A stretch of 64,000 nt of DNA from Candidatus Bathyarchaeota archaeon (GCA_963806535.1 CAWDYC010000008.1:139614-203613); one strand, 5' to 3'. Counted from the stretch's first letter, positions 32,194 through 42,832 are shown. Notes: generated from the sequence alone by a model not told the origin. Translations and numbers: made by a program.

Positions 32194-32610
32194 ATGGCGG
32201 AAAAAAAGGCTCCAGAATCATCAAATCCGAATTACGAAACGATTGGCTATGCAAAACCTATTTTGGTTGTTCTCGCAGTTTTTGTAACGCTATCTTTGTT
32301 GGCTCTCTATCTTGTGGAGACCGATAGTATTAGCCAAAATGCATTTTATATTTGCTTTGTTGCTTTGTTGATGGGTCTTTCCATAATGCATGAGATGATC
32401 AACATATTTGTTAGAGTAGCCCGCAAGATTGCAATTTTGTTTATTTCGACAATTCTTATGGTTGCTTTTCTATCTGTGATCTACCTCACGTTAGTTTCCT
32501 TTTTAGGATTTTGGCAGTACTTTGGATTCGCAGTGTGCTTTGGGATTGCTCCTTACTTTGCGAGGATTTCACTGGCATATTTTGAATGGAAAATTAAAAA
32601 GCAAAGATAG
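32194..32610 (+). CDS. Hypothetical membrane protein (4 TM)
   Basis: Hydrophobic ORF with ATG start. Confidence 0.7.
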   Translation: MAEKKAPESSNPNYETIGYAKPILVVLAVFVTLSLLALYLVETDSISQNAFYICFVALLMGLSIMHEMINIFVRVARKIAILFISTILMVAFLSVIYLTLVSFLGFWQYFGFAVCFGIAPYFARISLAYFEWKIKKQR

Positions 32611-32840
32611 TTTCATTATTTCGCTTTATCACTATTAGCACGTGCTGTCCTCCCCCCTTTTATCTATTATCAACTTCGAGTTCTTTCGAGGAATTGGCTT
32701 TTTAATATCTTGAATAAACAACCTGTTACCTGAGGGTTACTGGATATTTAACCCATTAAGACATTTCACCATACTAAACAACATAACAAAGAGATTGCTC
32801 ATGCATGATCAATACCCCTTTCAAGCATCAACCCGTTAAC

Positions 32841-32885
32841 CCCTGAACAACCCCAAACAACCAAACAAAACCCAAAACAAACCCC
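32841..32885 (+). repeat. C/A-rich decamer tandem repeat
   Basis: CCCTGAACAA CCCCAAACAA CCAAACAAAA CCCAAAACAA ACCCC. Confidence 0.55.
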
Positions 32886-33018
32886 TTCGCCCCGATAGGT
32901 CAAAATCCGCGCCAACAACACAAAAATCATACCCCATTTTAGATGGTCATAGTGTAAGTATGTTTTCTAAGGAGAACAAAAACTAAAAGCGATTTGAAAT
33001 AATACTGTTGACGAGAGC

Positions 33019-33426
33019 ATGAACTTAAAGAAAATCTTTGGGAATCATGACTGGAAACCGAGAGAAGGTTTAGTTTACAAAAGCTGGACTAAAGGCGATT
33101 CCCATTTCGGAAAAAGTGCAACGGTAAAAATATTTTATGAAGTTGATAACTTCTATAGAGGATACTTGAAACAAAACAACAATTGGTATCAAGGAACATT
33201 CAGAGTGAAAAATGGACAATGTGAAATAAGATTGAAAAATGACCAAAAGACCTTCAAATTGACCACTTCAATAGATAATGTATCCTTTAAGAAAAAAATT
33301 GAGCACATTAACACTATCGCAAAGTATGGTCAGAACGGTTACGCTGGCACCGAGATTCAATACACCGCCAAAATTATTAATCCACAGATTACACAAGTTG
33401 AGCAAGTGACCGATGGCAAAAATTAA
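33019..33426 (+). CDS. Hypothetical protein
   Basis: 135-aa ORF with ATG start. Confidence 0.6.
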   Translation: MNLKKIFGNHDWKPREGLVYKSWTKGDSHFGKSATVKIFYEVDNFYRGYLKQNNNWYQGTFRVKNGQCEIRLKNDQKTFKLTTSIDNVSFKKKIEHINTIAKYGQNGYAGTEIQYTAKIINPQITQVEQVTDGKN

Positions 33427-33460
33427 ATGCAAAATGCCTTAATCTAAATAAGGCGGTAAA

Positions 33461-34048
33461 GTGGAAAAGCAAGAGACTGGTATATGTTACGAATGCTCCA
33501 CCAAGAATATGGATTCATCCAAGAAGCCCGTTTTCCACTGTGTTATATGCCGAAAATGGTTCTGTGAACAGCATTTAAAGCCAAAGTTCCCATACTTTGT
33601 TGATTGGGAAACCCAATTTGATGTGCAAGGAAACCCAGCAGTTAAGGCAATGTTTTACTCGGAATATGGAAGACAAGATGGACACACAGACTTTGTTTAT
33701 TTACGGTGGAAAATTGAAAAGATGGAAGTTGAAAACAAGTTACAGGACAAAATAATTCAGGAAAAAATTGATAATATGGTTGAGTTTGGCTCAAATAGAA
33801 GTTCTTTAGAAATTCTAATTTCAAGCAAGAAAAAGAAGAACTACAAAAACGCGTGGGGAAATAAGTTCTCTGTGCCAAAAGAGGTTTATTCAAACAAAAT
33901 TTATCGGGAAAAATTAGATGGTGCCAATTCTTCAAGTCAAGTAAATGAGATTCTGTATGATTACTATTTTCAAGACAAATCGTTACTCTTAACCGAAAAG
34001 AAGCTGAAGCAAGCTGAAGAAAAACAAAAGAAACATTGGTGGCAATAG
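33461..34048 (+). CDS. Hypothetical protein with an N-terminal AN1/B-box-like zinc finger
   Basis: CYEC...FHCVICRKWFCEQHL. Confidence 0.7.
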   Translation: MEKQETGICYECSTKNMDSSKKPVFHCVICRKWFCEQHLKPKFPYFVDWETQFDVQGNPAVKAMFYSEYGRQDGHTDFVYLRWKIEKMEVENKLQDKIIQEKIDNMVEFGSNRSSLEILISSKKKKNYKNAWGNKFSVPKEVYSNKIYREKLDGANSSSQVNEILYDYYFQDKSLLLTEKKLKQAEEKQKKHWWQ

Positions 34049-34744
34049 TCAAGTATTATGGGTTCGTTAAGCAAAGAAGAAAAGTAATCAAAAGACACTT
34101 CTAACTTGACAATGCAAAAAAGACGTTATAAGTTTCTCAAAAGCCTTAAAAGTAAATGGCATAAAATAGCGTTAACATGGCACTTCTAACAATTGACTTG
34201 AATGCCTTTTTCTAGGAGCAGTTTTGAATTGTGTAGTCGATAGCTTTATTTTTGCAACATTGAAGATAAAAAAATTCACATTAATGCTTACGATAATCTT
34301 CACTTTCGCAATTCCTACATTTTCGATAATCTTTTATGTTCAATCAAATCCTGACTTTAATCAGACAATCCCAGCTTTCACTAACTACGTGTTTGCCTAT
34401 TTATACAATTTAGTAGCTTCGTTATTTCTTTTCCGTTTTCATATATAATTAGTGCGATCTTTTACTTGGCAAGTGGTGGACGCACCGAAACGCCAGAGTT
34501 TTGAACCAAAAGCGAATGATGCAAAAACTTAAAAATAAACATCCACTAAATAATGCTTGGTGTAGTTTGTGCCAGAAAGAAGAAAGAGAACATACACCTT
34601 TAGGAAAGACCAATTGGTTCCTTATGAATCTGGAAGCTTTATGCATGAAGAAGTAAAGTCTCAAAGGCAAGCTGTAAGAAATTTTGAAGAATTTAGTCAA
34701 CCGAGAAAGCGTAGAAGACAATCGCTTTTCTAAGTGATAAAAGT

Positions 34745-35086
34745 TTGGCAAGACGCAAAAGTTCAAGCAATAATGATCCGTTTGGTTTTGTTAGCTTTGA
34801 CTTTGGTTTAGATAGTTTCTCTAAGCGTCAAACTTTGGCAAATAACCGCATGAAAGGAAGAATGGCAGAAGACAGCTTCCATTTAGAACAGAATTTACGA
34901 GGAAATGATTGCCGAAAGATTCACAAAGGCGGAGATTTTGTGGTTCAAAAAAGAGATATCTTTGGCAACAATGTAGGTAAGCCCACCGTTCATGAAATAA
35001 AAACAGGAAACGCTAAGCTTTCAGAAGCCCAAAGAAGAAACAAAGCAAAATTAGGAAACAGAGGCTACAAAGTCGAAAGATACTGA
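34745..35086 (+). CDS. Small PD-(D/E)XK nuclease-fold protein
   Basis: GRMAE...GGDF...HEIKTG..KLS..Q pattern. Confidence 0.6.
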   Translation: MARRKSSSNNDPFGFVSFDFGLDSFSKRQTLANNRMKGRMAEDSFHLEQNLRGNDCRKIHKGGDFVVQKRDIFGNNVGKPTVHEIKTGNAKLSEAQRRNKAKLGNRGYKVERY

Positions 35087-35169
35087 GACATCAGTACACT
35101 CTTGTTTATTGACTTTGAATAATCGAGAGTTTGAAGTTTTGTTTCACTTTGAGAGAGCACAATGAGAGT

Positions 35170-35598
35170 CTAAAGGTCTTTCTTTTCATGCAAATCTAAT
35201 CCGCGTTCTAAAAGACTGAAGAAACCTGCGACTGCAAAGTTTGTTTGAATGGCTGAGAATGAGATGTCTCCAATGTAGATGTCAATATTTGAAACTTTGA
35301 TTGTATGAGAACCTAAACCATATTGTGCGAGGTCTGCGAAAGCTAAAATGAAAGAAATTAAGCTGATACCGAAGAAAAGAAGACGCGCCTTATGAGTTGT
35401 TTTCTTAATAGTTTCTTCACTAAACCACAAAAACAGTGGAATAATTATCAAGCAAGTAGTACAAAATCCCCCAGTAACCACTTTAAGAGAAGGGGTAATT
35501 GTTGAATAAAGGATAAAAAGATATGCGCTTGGAAATGATCCTGCTATCGCACCAGCTAATATCAATCTCGCACGACTACCTAACTTCAGCTTTTTCAT
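35170..35598 (-). CDS. Hypothetical membrane protein
   Basis: 3-4 hydrophobic helices. Confidence 0.65.
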   Translation of the reverse strand: MKKLKLGSRARLILAGAIAGSFPSAYLFILYSTITPSLKVVTGGFCTTCLIIIPLFLWFSEETIKKTTHKARLLFFGISLISFILAFADLAQYGLGSHTIKVSNIDIYIGDISFSAIQTNFAVAGFFSLLERGLDLHEKKDL

Positions 35599-35860
35599 CT
35601 CAGTACTATTGATTCTTCAGAGAATTTCAATTTTTCTTAACCAAATTTGCTTTCTTTTGTATCTGTGTTTCTTTGAACATTACTCGCTGCCCCAATTAGC
35701 AACCGATTTTACTGTCTGAATTGAGCATCCACCTGCAAACTGATTACGACTGCATTCATACGGACAATTTATATTACACCACTCTTCGAGGTTTCAAAAG
35801 TTGAGAAAATCCTATTTTGTTTTCCTTCAGATTCCATTTATAATCGACCATAACAATTGT

Positions 35861-35990
35861 GCCGAATTTTTTTTAAAATTGTTTTGGGCTTCTTTTTTAA
35901 TTTAGGGCGTGATTCGTTTGTAAGCTGCGTATACTGAAGTACACCAAAGTACAAGGAAGTACACCGAAGAACCAGCATCGTACAATGAAG
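35861..35990 (+). repeat. Leader + decamer-array element, copy D (most diverged)
   Basis: Leader ...TGTTTTGGGCTTCTTTTTTAATTTAGGGCGTGATTCGTTTGTAAG-CTGC; units GTATACTGAA, GTACACCAAA, GTACAAGGAA, GTACACCGAA, (11 nt), GTACAATGAA from 35929. Confidence 0.7.
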
Positions 35991-36148
35991 GAAAAAGGAT
36001 TGTATGATCTGACATCCTCGGGCCTCTCAATTGAAGACATCACCTATCAAATAATTCCTATCTCCGAAACTATTGCCATTAGCAGTTTTGCATTTTCAAG
36101 ATACATCAAAAATGCGTCATCGTTACCCAAAGTTTAAGCTGCTTTTTG

Positions 36149-36469
36149 TTACCAACCGTGATGGATTGTTGAAGCTGTAGTTGGATGCTTGTTTGTCTTA
36201 ACCTTCTTTTGGGGCTTGAACCTGTTGATTTTGACCACGTTATTCTTCACATTAACCCAATGCGTGCCGTTTAGATTCTTACGATAAACAAATTTGGTCA
36301 CCATTCGAGCCAATGCATAAGTCGAAACATCATCCATATTCAGTGCCAAGCCTCCATGGATCTTTGACGAGTTTAATTTGAATTGGCTATTCAAGAAACG
36401 TGCAAGATTTTCTATTTCATCGTCTAAATCGCCTATATCAACTTTTACATCGATCGGCAAGTCTTTCAC
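36149..36469 (-). CDS. Hypothetical protein, possibly a divergent eL22-like ribosomal protein
   Basis: VDIGDL...LARFL...STYALARMVTKFVYRKNL..THWV resembles eL22 SKRYLKYLTKKYLKKNNL..WLRV. Confidence 0.5.
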   Translation of the reverse strand: MKDLPIDVKVDIGDLDDEIENLARFLNSQFKLNSSKIHGGLALNMDDVSTYALARMVTKFVYRKNLNGTHWVNVKNNVVKINRFKPQKKVKTNKHPTTASTIHHGW

Positions 36470-36549
36470 TCTATATGCAGGATAGGTATTGTTCTTTCTT
36501 TTAAAACCTACTTAACTTAACGCCAAATGTCGGCCCACGCAATGCTAAG

Positions 36550-37521
36550 TTATGGTAACTCTACGGTTCCTGCAATCCTAAGTTTTGCGCCTTCTAAATA
36601 CATAAGCACCGCTTTATCGTTGGGTCGATAGATTAGCGGTTTATCCAACGTCAACGTTAGCGCCGGCTTTTTCAGATCGCCGCCTTCAACAACAGCCTCA
36701 ACTTTAGCTGTTACGAATTGTGTCCAATGGCCAACGTGCATTACCATACCCATTTTGATCGGCATCTGCCAATACTTTACAAGAGCAGCGTGCGTTTCCA
36801 ACTTAGATGAAGCCTTCATTGAGGAATCATTTGTTAAAACCGTGCCACGATCCAAATCTTCAACTTCAATGTTTTTTAGTGCAAGCCCAACGCGGTCGCC
36901 TTCACTTGCAACGTCAAATTCATCATCATGCTTTTGGATCGAACGAACTTGTGCTGTCTTTGATCCAGGAAGAACATTAAGTGTTGAATGTTTTTGAACA
37001 AATCCACTTGTTACCACGCCCAATACAACTACACCTACACCTTTTACATTAAAAGCATGGTCCACTGGAACTGTTCCAATTGCCTGTTGCCCAGGTGGTA
37101 TTTCGGCTGGTTTTTGTTTTGCTGCTTCCGCTAAAAGTTTTTCTCTTAAAACCGTTGCGTCATCTGATAGGAATTCGAAATTTTCTAGGCTTGTGCCTTT
37201 GAGTAGAGGCTGGATTTTTTCTTTAGGAATATAATTTCTTAAAACGAAGTAGCCTTTTTTTACGTCGGCGCATTGGAGCATTACGAGGCATTCGCCAAAA
37301 GTTGCATCGATTTGATCTACTATAACTATAGCCGTTTTTGATAGGGAAACAGCGTAGAAAAGCGGCGCTAATCGTTCGGGGTATCGTTCTGGTTCAATTA
37401 GAGTTACCGTATCTTCGCCTTTTTTGATGTTGTAGAATGTTATGTCGGTTGAGGTGCCTTTTTTTCCAAGACTTGCGCTGTAACCTAAAGCGCCTAAAAC
37501 AGCGACTGTGATGTTTCCCAT
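36550..37521 (-). CDS. EF-Tu/SelB-like protein with a degenerate G domain
   Basis: VDHAFNVKGVGVVVLG and VRSIQKHD...GDRVGLALK (EF-Tu domain II); no GxxxxGKT, DxxG or NKxD. Confidence 0.85.
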   Translation of the reverse strand: MGNITVAVLGALGYSASLGKKGTSTDITFYNIKKGEDTVTLIEPERYPERLAPLFYAVSLSKTAIVIVDQIDATFGECLVMLQCADVKKGYFVLRNYIPKEKIQPLLKGTSLENFEFLSDDATVLREKLLAEAAKQKPAEIPPGQQAIGTVPVDHAFNVKGVGVVVLGVVTSGFVQKHSTLNVLPGSKTAQVRSIQKHDDEFDVASEGDRVGLALKNIEVEDLDRGTVLTNDSSMKASSKLETHAALVKYWQMPIKMGMVMHVGHWTQFVTAKVEAVVEGGDLKKPALTLTLDKPLIYRPNDKAVLMYLEGAKLRIAGTVELP

Positions 37522-37773
37522 ATTATCAACCTTTGAATTACCGCATTTTCTTACCTCGCCTTAAAGATAAGCATTATGAAAACGTTGCCGAGTTTTCCGA
37601 TAGAAACATTGTGGTGATTAACTGCATGTACGAAAGGTTCTTAAGGTATTGGGTATTTCTCCTAACGGAAATAGCAGTTAAAATTCACAGTAAAACACAA
37701 GATAGCAACCACTTGTTGGAGCTATCTGTGTGAACTGAAAAGTTAAAATAGTCGGATGAAGAGGTGAAAAAGT

Positions 37774-38094
37774 ATGGAAAACATTTACGCAGCGATGCTC
37801 CTTCACAAGGCAGGTAAAGAAATAAACGAAGATTCAGTAACAAAAGTTCTCACAGCAGCAGGTCTCACCGTTGACCCTATACAAGTAAAAGCACTCGTAG
37901 CATCCCTCAGCGAAGTAAACATTGATGAAGCAATCAAAGCAGCACCAACAATGATGGCAGCCGCTCCAGTAGCAGCACCAGCAGGCGCAGCAGCACCAAC
38001 CGCAGCTCCTCCAGAAGACAAGAAGAAGAAAGCTGAAGAAGAAAAAGCCAAGGAAGAAGCAGCACTAGAAGGATTAGGCGCCCTATTCGGGTAA
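37774..38094 (+). CDS. rpl12: Ribosomal stalk protein P1/P2 (aL12)
   Basis: [11 protein letters not shown], Ala-rich hinge, [13 protein letters not shown]; GAGGTGA RBS. Confidence 0.97.
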   Translation: MENIYAAMLLHKAGKEINEDSVTKVLTAAGLTVDPIQVKALVASLSEVNIDEAIKAAPTMMAAAPVAAPAGAAAPTAAPPEDKKKKAEEEKAKEEAALEGLGALFG

Positions 38095-38240
38095 ATAAGC
38101 CTCAATTTATTTTTAACCAATTTTTCCCAAAATATTTTATTTATTTAGTTTTATATTCGACGTTGCGATTTTATGAAAATAAGCCTAAAAATCATTCATT
38201 ATGAAGATTGAAACCCAAAGTCAAAAACAAATAAACTCGA

Positions 38241-40523
38241 TTATTCATACCTTAAATCAGAGTTAGCCTTTTTCCAAGCAAGCCCTAACGAAGGAAGCGT
38301 CCCAAATAAAGCGCAACCAATTTCCAATAGAACAGTAATTATCACTACTTGAATACCAGGAGCAAACCAAGCAGTAAAGGGAACAGACATAACCGATTGT
38401 TCAGCTTGAAGACTGATATTGGCCAAAAGAAAACCTAAAGGAATACCTAAAATTGCAAAAGGTACAGTTACAAGCAGGATTTCAAGAATAATGCTTCCAA
38501 TAACACCTCGAGGAGTTACACCTACAACCTTAAGAATCGAGTATTCTCTTCTTCTTTCCAGTAAACCAATTGCAATCATCGTAAATACGCTAAGCGATGA
38601 AAGAATAATCATAAGAAAAATAATCGAATAATTCAATATATCCAATGGCAAAACATACTGGCTCGTTTCACGACCAAGCTCAGAACTTGCGCTCACAACA
38701 AATCCGTTCAAATGTTCTTGGGTAAATGAGCCTATCACATTGTTAATTGCACTATTACCTTTTACTTTCACAGCATAATCTGTAGAATATTGAGAATTCA
38801 AGCCTAAAACAGAACCTTGAACGAAAGAAAAACTTGCATAAACTTCAGGCACAGGAAAATAAACAACACCAACAATCCTAAGAGAAGATGTTTTAACGTT
38901 TACCTCATCTACACTAAATGTTAAATTATCTCCAACACCCTTTTGAATTTTTGACGCTAAGAAACTTGAAATTACAACTTCATCATCCGATTGTATTACA
39001 CGCCCAGCTTTTAACAAACTGGACATATTTTGAACTTTAGACTCTAAAGTGATGCCTTGAATTCCAGCGACTAACCCTTCGTTAAGGAAGATCGTGCCAG
39101 TTGCCAAAGGTTCGGCTGCTTGGACGTTTTTATTATTTTCCAACGAACTAACTTCGGCGGTAACATTTGCTGGAGAATAATAATGTATATATAAATCAGG
39201 TAATCCGTTTCCGAATTTGTCTAAGGCGCTTTGAGTCCCAGACAAAGTGCTGACCATTGCAAACGCAGAGCTGGTGCTGAGGAGAATTATTAATCCTACT
39301 GCCAGATACCTTGATTTAGCTCTTTGCAGGTTTCTACGGATAAACCTTGCCATGAAACTATTATTTTTACTTAGGCGAGACGATATTTTGCTACCATATC
39401 TTTTCTGCAGAGTTGACTGTGGCGAAGATGTTATCGCAGAGTATGAAGATGAAAAGACTGCTAGCACTGTTAGGGCTATGGTTAAGCCGCTTAGTTCCAA
39501 TATTGTAAGTGGGTCTAAAGTTGTCGTCGCAAATGCACCTACATGCGCTGCATTTGAAACAAAGAAAATTAGCAAGCTTAAGAAAAAGTAGCCAATTACT
39601 AATCCTAAAATTACCGCACAAATAGACAGCAAAAAGCCATCTGAGATGAACATAATCAGCAGGTCTTTTTTTGTGGCTCCAATGGCTTTGAAAACGCCAA
39701 TCTCATAGGTTTCTCGTTCAACTTTCAGCTTAGAAGTAGCGTAGACTATTATTGCTCCTAACACAAGTCCAACAATGCCTATTATGAAAATGTATTGAGT
39801 AAAAAATGCTTGGAAGCTTTCCCAAAAATATGAACGCTGAGTAAAGCGGATGTTAACGTTGTTAATGTTGCTAGAATTGAATAATTGATTAATTGTATTG
39901 GCTGTTTGAACAGCTTGGGCAGGATTGTCTAGGCGTACGAGGAGTATGCTTGTTATGTTTTGGCTGGGGAATAAGCTTAGAATCGTTTGTGTTGGCATAA
40001 TGAGGGAGTTAGGTTGCTCTAAATCTGGAGATGACCCAGTTCCTATTACATGTACAAGGACTGAGGAATTGACGGTGAACAGAGTGAAACTATTCAGTTG
40101 ACCAGCCCAACTAGTCGATTGTATAGCATTAAGCTCGTCTTCAGATGAAAAGTAAGTGCCGCTCTGAAGGGAAACTGGGTCAACCAAAGGTTGTTGAGGA
40201 CTTGGCAAACCTAGAATAGTAACAAGTTGAGATTGCGAGCCAACTTTGATACTTGCGGTAACCATGGTTTGTAACTCGGCAATATCTACATTATTCACAG
40301 CAGAAATATTACTGACCAAGTTGCTTGGGATTGTTCCACTTGTTATTGCCTGAATATCAGAGTATGTTGTTAGGGCACGTTGATTGTTCAAGGTTGTCTG
40401 CATGCTTCTATCGAGCATTGTAGAGCTAAGAAGTAATGCGAACGCTATGCCTATTGTAATAATGGCAAGAAAATTTCGGGCGGGGCGTCGATGTAACTCA
40501 CGAAGAGAGCGTCTTAAAGGCAA
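38241..40523 (-). CDS. FtsX/MacB-type ABC permease (duplicated halves)
   Basis: ERETYEIGVFKAIGAT and ERRREYSILKVVGVT repeats with TM clusters. Confidence 0.9.
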   Translation of the reverse strand: MPLRRSLRELHRRPARNFLAIITIGIAFALLLSSTMLDRSMQTTLNNQRALTTYSDIQAITSGTIPSNLVSNISAVNNVDIAELQTMVTASIKVGSQSQLVTILGLPSPQQPLVDPVSLQSGTYFSSEDELNAIQSTSWAGQLNSFTLFTVNSSVLVHVIGTGSSPDLEQPNSLIMPTQTILSLFPSQNITSILLVRLDNPAQAVQTANTINQLFNSSNINNVNIRFTQRSYFWESFQAFFTQYIFIIGIVGLVLGAIIVYATSKLKVERETYEIGVFKAIGATKKDLLIMFISDGFLLSICAVILGLVIGYFFLSLLIFFVSNAAHVGAFATTTLDPLTILELSGLTIALTVLAVFSSSYSAITSSPQSTLQKRYGSKISSRLSKNNSFMARFIRRNLQRAKSRYLAVGLIILLSTSSAFAMVSTLSGTQSALDKFGNGLPDLYIHYYSPANVTAEVSSLENNKNVQAAEPLATGTIFLNEGLVAGIQGITLESKVQNMSSLLKAGRVIQSDDEVVISSFLASKIQKGVGDNLTFSVDEVNVKTSSLRIVGVVYFPVPEVYASFSFVQGSVLGLNSQYSTDYAVKVKGNSAINNVIGSFTQEHLNGFVVSASSELGRETSQYVLPLDILNYSIIFLMIILSSLSVFTMIAIGLLERRREYSILKVVGVTPRGVIGSIILEILLVTVPFAILGIPLGFLLANISLQAEQSVMSVPFTAWFAPGIQVVIITVLLEIGCALFGTLPSLGLAWKKANSDLRYE

Positions 40524-40556
40524 CAGATTTACCGTTTAGTATTTCTCTCCTTGCTA

Positions 40557-41258
40557 TTATGTTGCAATTCGACCATCGATGATTTGTATTATCCGATTGG
40601 CTCTTTTAGCTACTTCAAGGCTGTGTGTGACTATTATTAGCGTAGTTCCCTGGCTCTTGTTAATGTCAACTAGAATATCCATGACGTTTTTGCCTGTAAT
40701 TTGGTCGAGATTTCCAGTTGGCTCGTCAGCAAGAATTAATCGGGGGTTATTTGCTAATGCTCTTGCGATTGCAACTCTTTGTTGTTCTCCTACTGATAAT
40801 TGAGAGGGCAAATGGTTTTCTCTTCCTTTTAATCCGACTTGATCCAGCAATTTTTTGGCATGAGCTTGAGCACTAGATAAACTTAGTTTGTTTAATTCTA
40901 GTGGTAATGCAACATTCTCGGCGGCGGTGAATGTTGGAAGAAGGTTAAAGATTTGAAAGATGAAACCAATGGTTTTTCGCCTAAATAGTGCAAGTTCTCG
41001 TTCGTTTAATTGAGACAATTCTTGCCCTGCTACCACAACATCTCCTGAGCTTGCATAATCTATTCCTCCGATTATATTAAGCAGGGTGGATTTTCCTGAT
41101 CCACTAGGTCCAAGGATTGCTAGGTGTTCGCCCTGGGAAATGTCTAAGTCTATTCCTTTTAATGCGTCAACTTCAAGTTGCCCCGACTCGTATTTTTTTT
41201 CAACACTTCTCAGCGAAACTATATTTGAGTTGTAAGACGCGTTATCTGTGTCTGACAT
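40557..41258 (-). CDS. LolD/MacB-type ABC ATP-binding protein
   Basis: GPSGSGKST, LSVGEQQRVAIARAL, LADEPTGNLD. Confidence 0.95.
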   Translation of the reverse strand: MSDTDNASYNSNIVSLRSVEKKYESGQLEVDALKGIDLDISQGEHLAILGPSGSGKSTLLNIIGGIDYASSGDVVVAGQELSQLNERELALFRRKTIGFIFQIFNLLPTFTAAENVALPLELNKLSLSSAQAHAKKLLDQVGLKGRENHLPSQLSVGEQQRVAIARALANNPRLILADEPTGNLDQITGKNVMDILVDINKSQGTTLIIVTHSLEVAKRANRIIQIIDGRIAT

Positions 41259-41620
41259 ACTTCCTCATTCTGTATCGATTTATTCTCTTCTTAAGCTTTT
41301 ACCCAATTGTGTAAGAAGGCGATTTCGGAGCAAAAAAAGTGATAGCAATCATGACTCCTAACAAGATGTGAAGATAATTACCAACCTTTTAAAGTATGAT
41401 TCTTACCCTGTAAGAACCCAGTGATCTAAAAATGGGATCTGAAGAAGTAGAAAAATCGGAAAAAGATTCCGATGTTATATATAGGTACTTCTAAGAAGAA
41501 GCCCTATACAAAGAAGAACCACACGCCATTCCCCATTTCTTGATGTTCTACAAATGAAAAAAGTCTAATGGCTACGAAAAAATAACCAAGGATTTAAAGA
41601 AACTCAACATGACTCTTTTT

Positions 41621-42832
41621 TTATTTTATCAGGTCATTACTTGGAGCTACTTCTGTGCTTGATTGCTGAGCGACTGGAGGCACAACGATTTTATTTCTTT
41701 TATCTGACAGTAGTTTCCAAGCGATGATAGGTGCCCAACCGCTAATAATCATCACGGTTCCTGGGAAACCACCTATGTTTCGGCCAACGATGGGTATAAG
41801 ACCCTTTATAATATCGCCCAAAAAGAATTCCCAAATGCCGAAAGCAAGCGCCATAGCTACAGCGGCTGTAAAGGCTATTTTCTTACCGAACTTATTGAAA
41901 GTTTGAACAGCCAAGACACCTGCAAAGAAGAAGTCTCCTAAACCAAGACCTCTATACAGAATGCCTGCTGAAGAAGAAATAGTGGGAATGTTTGGTAAAT
42001 AAACCAGTACTGGCAAGCCAAGTCCAGTGAACGTGTGTGCGGCACCAAGCATTACCGGAGTAACAATCACCAAAATAATATCCATAATTGTCAACAGCGC
42101 CGCAAAGATTCCCACTGTTTTCCAGCTAAACAACGAGCTAAGATACAGAATTATTAGAATCGCAAACGTGAATCCAAAGACATCCATAAGATAAGGAGCC
42201 CACACCTGAAAGCTACCCATGTAAATGTTGAAGATTCCGCTAAAGAATATGAACAACATCACGAAGATTGCCGGAGGCTGAACTGCAACATACCAACGCG
42301 CTTTAGAAATAGTCTTTTTCTGCTCAAAGATTATCGCTGCGAAGCAAAAGATTGCGAAACCAAAAAATGCAGCTGCTCTAATCACGGTTATACTATCTTG
42401 AAGTGGACCTAAAAAGCTGGCACCTCCAGCAATCAAACCTGCAACACCAAAACCAAGAGAAAGCAATTGAGCTCTTATTCTTGCAAGATTAGAGAAAACG
42501 TATGAAAACGTAAACATCAGCATAGTATAAGATGAAAGGAAAATTACAAGCAGAATTGTCGGGAAAACATCTCCGGGGCTAACCAATGACGTATACCCTA
42601 TAGCAGAGATAATAATCGCCATAAACACTATAAGAAGAATTATGTCTCTTGGCTGGAATTCTTTTTCCTCAACCGTAGCCATCAATTTTCCTTGAACACG
42701 CTTATTCAAAAGCAATGCAACAGCAACGACAATGAATAATGCAATAGGCATGGCTACGTCAAGGGAAGGCATAGAAAGCAAAGTGATCACAGATGCATTT
42801 ATTTGTTTAGCTGAAAACCAAAGAAACGTCAT
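41621..42832 (-). CDS. GxGD intramembrane aspartyl protease (presenilin/signal-peptide-peptidase family)
   Basis: IMDIILV (YD-equivalent), GLGLGDFF, FPGT (PAL-equivalent), polytopic. Confidence 0.8.
   Translation of the reverse strand: MTFLWFSAKQINASVITLLSMPSLDVAMPIALFIVVAVALLLNKRVQGKLMATVEEKEFQPRDIILLIVFMAIIISAIGYTSLVSPGDVFPTILLVIFLSSYTMLMFTFSYVFSNLARIRAQLLSLGFGVAGLIAGGASFLGPLQDSITVIRAAAFFGFAIFCFAAIIFEQKKTISKARWYVAVQPPAIFVMLFIFFSGIFNIYMGSFQVWAPYLMDVFGFTFAILIILYLSSLFSWKTVGIFAALLTIMDIILVIVTPVMLGAAHTFTGLGLPVLVYLPNIPTISSSAGILYRGLGLGDFFFAGVLAVQTFNKFGKKIAFTAAVAMALAFGIWEFFLGDIIKGLIPIVGRNIGGFPGTVMIISGWAPIIAWKLLSDKRNKIVVPPVAQQSSTEVAPSNDLIK

Noticed and set aside
35637-35795. Cys-rich minus-strand frame (WCNINCPYECSRNQFAGGC) containing GTTTGCAGG
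   Set aside because: There is no start codon, and the leader similarity is limited to 9 bp with no array.
36550-37521. Selenocysteine machinery implied by the SelB-like gene
   Set aside because: G-domain motifs and the SelB C-terminal extension are absent, and no tRNA-Sec, SelD or supported in-frame UGA recoding is seen.
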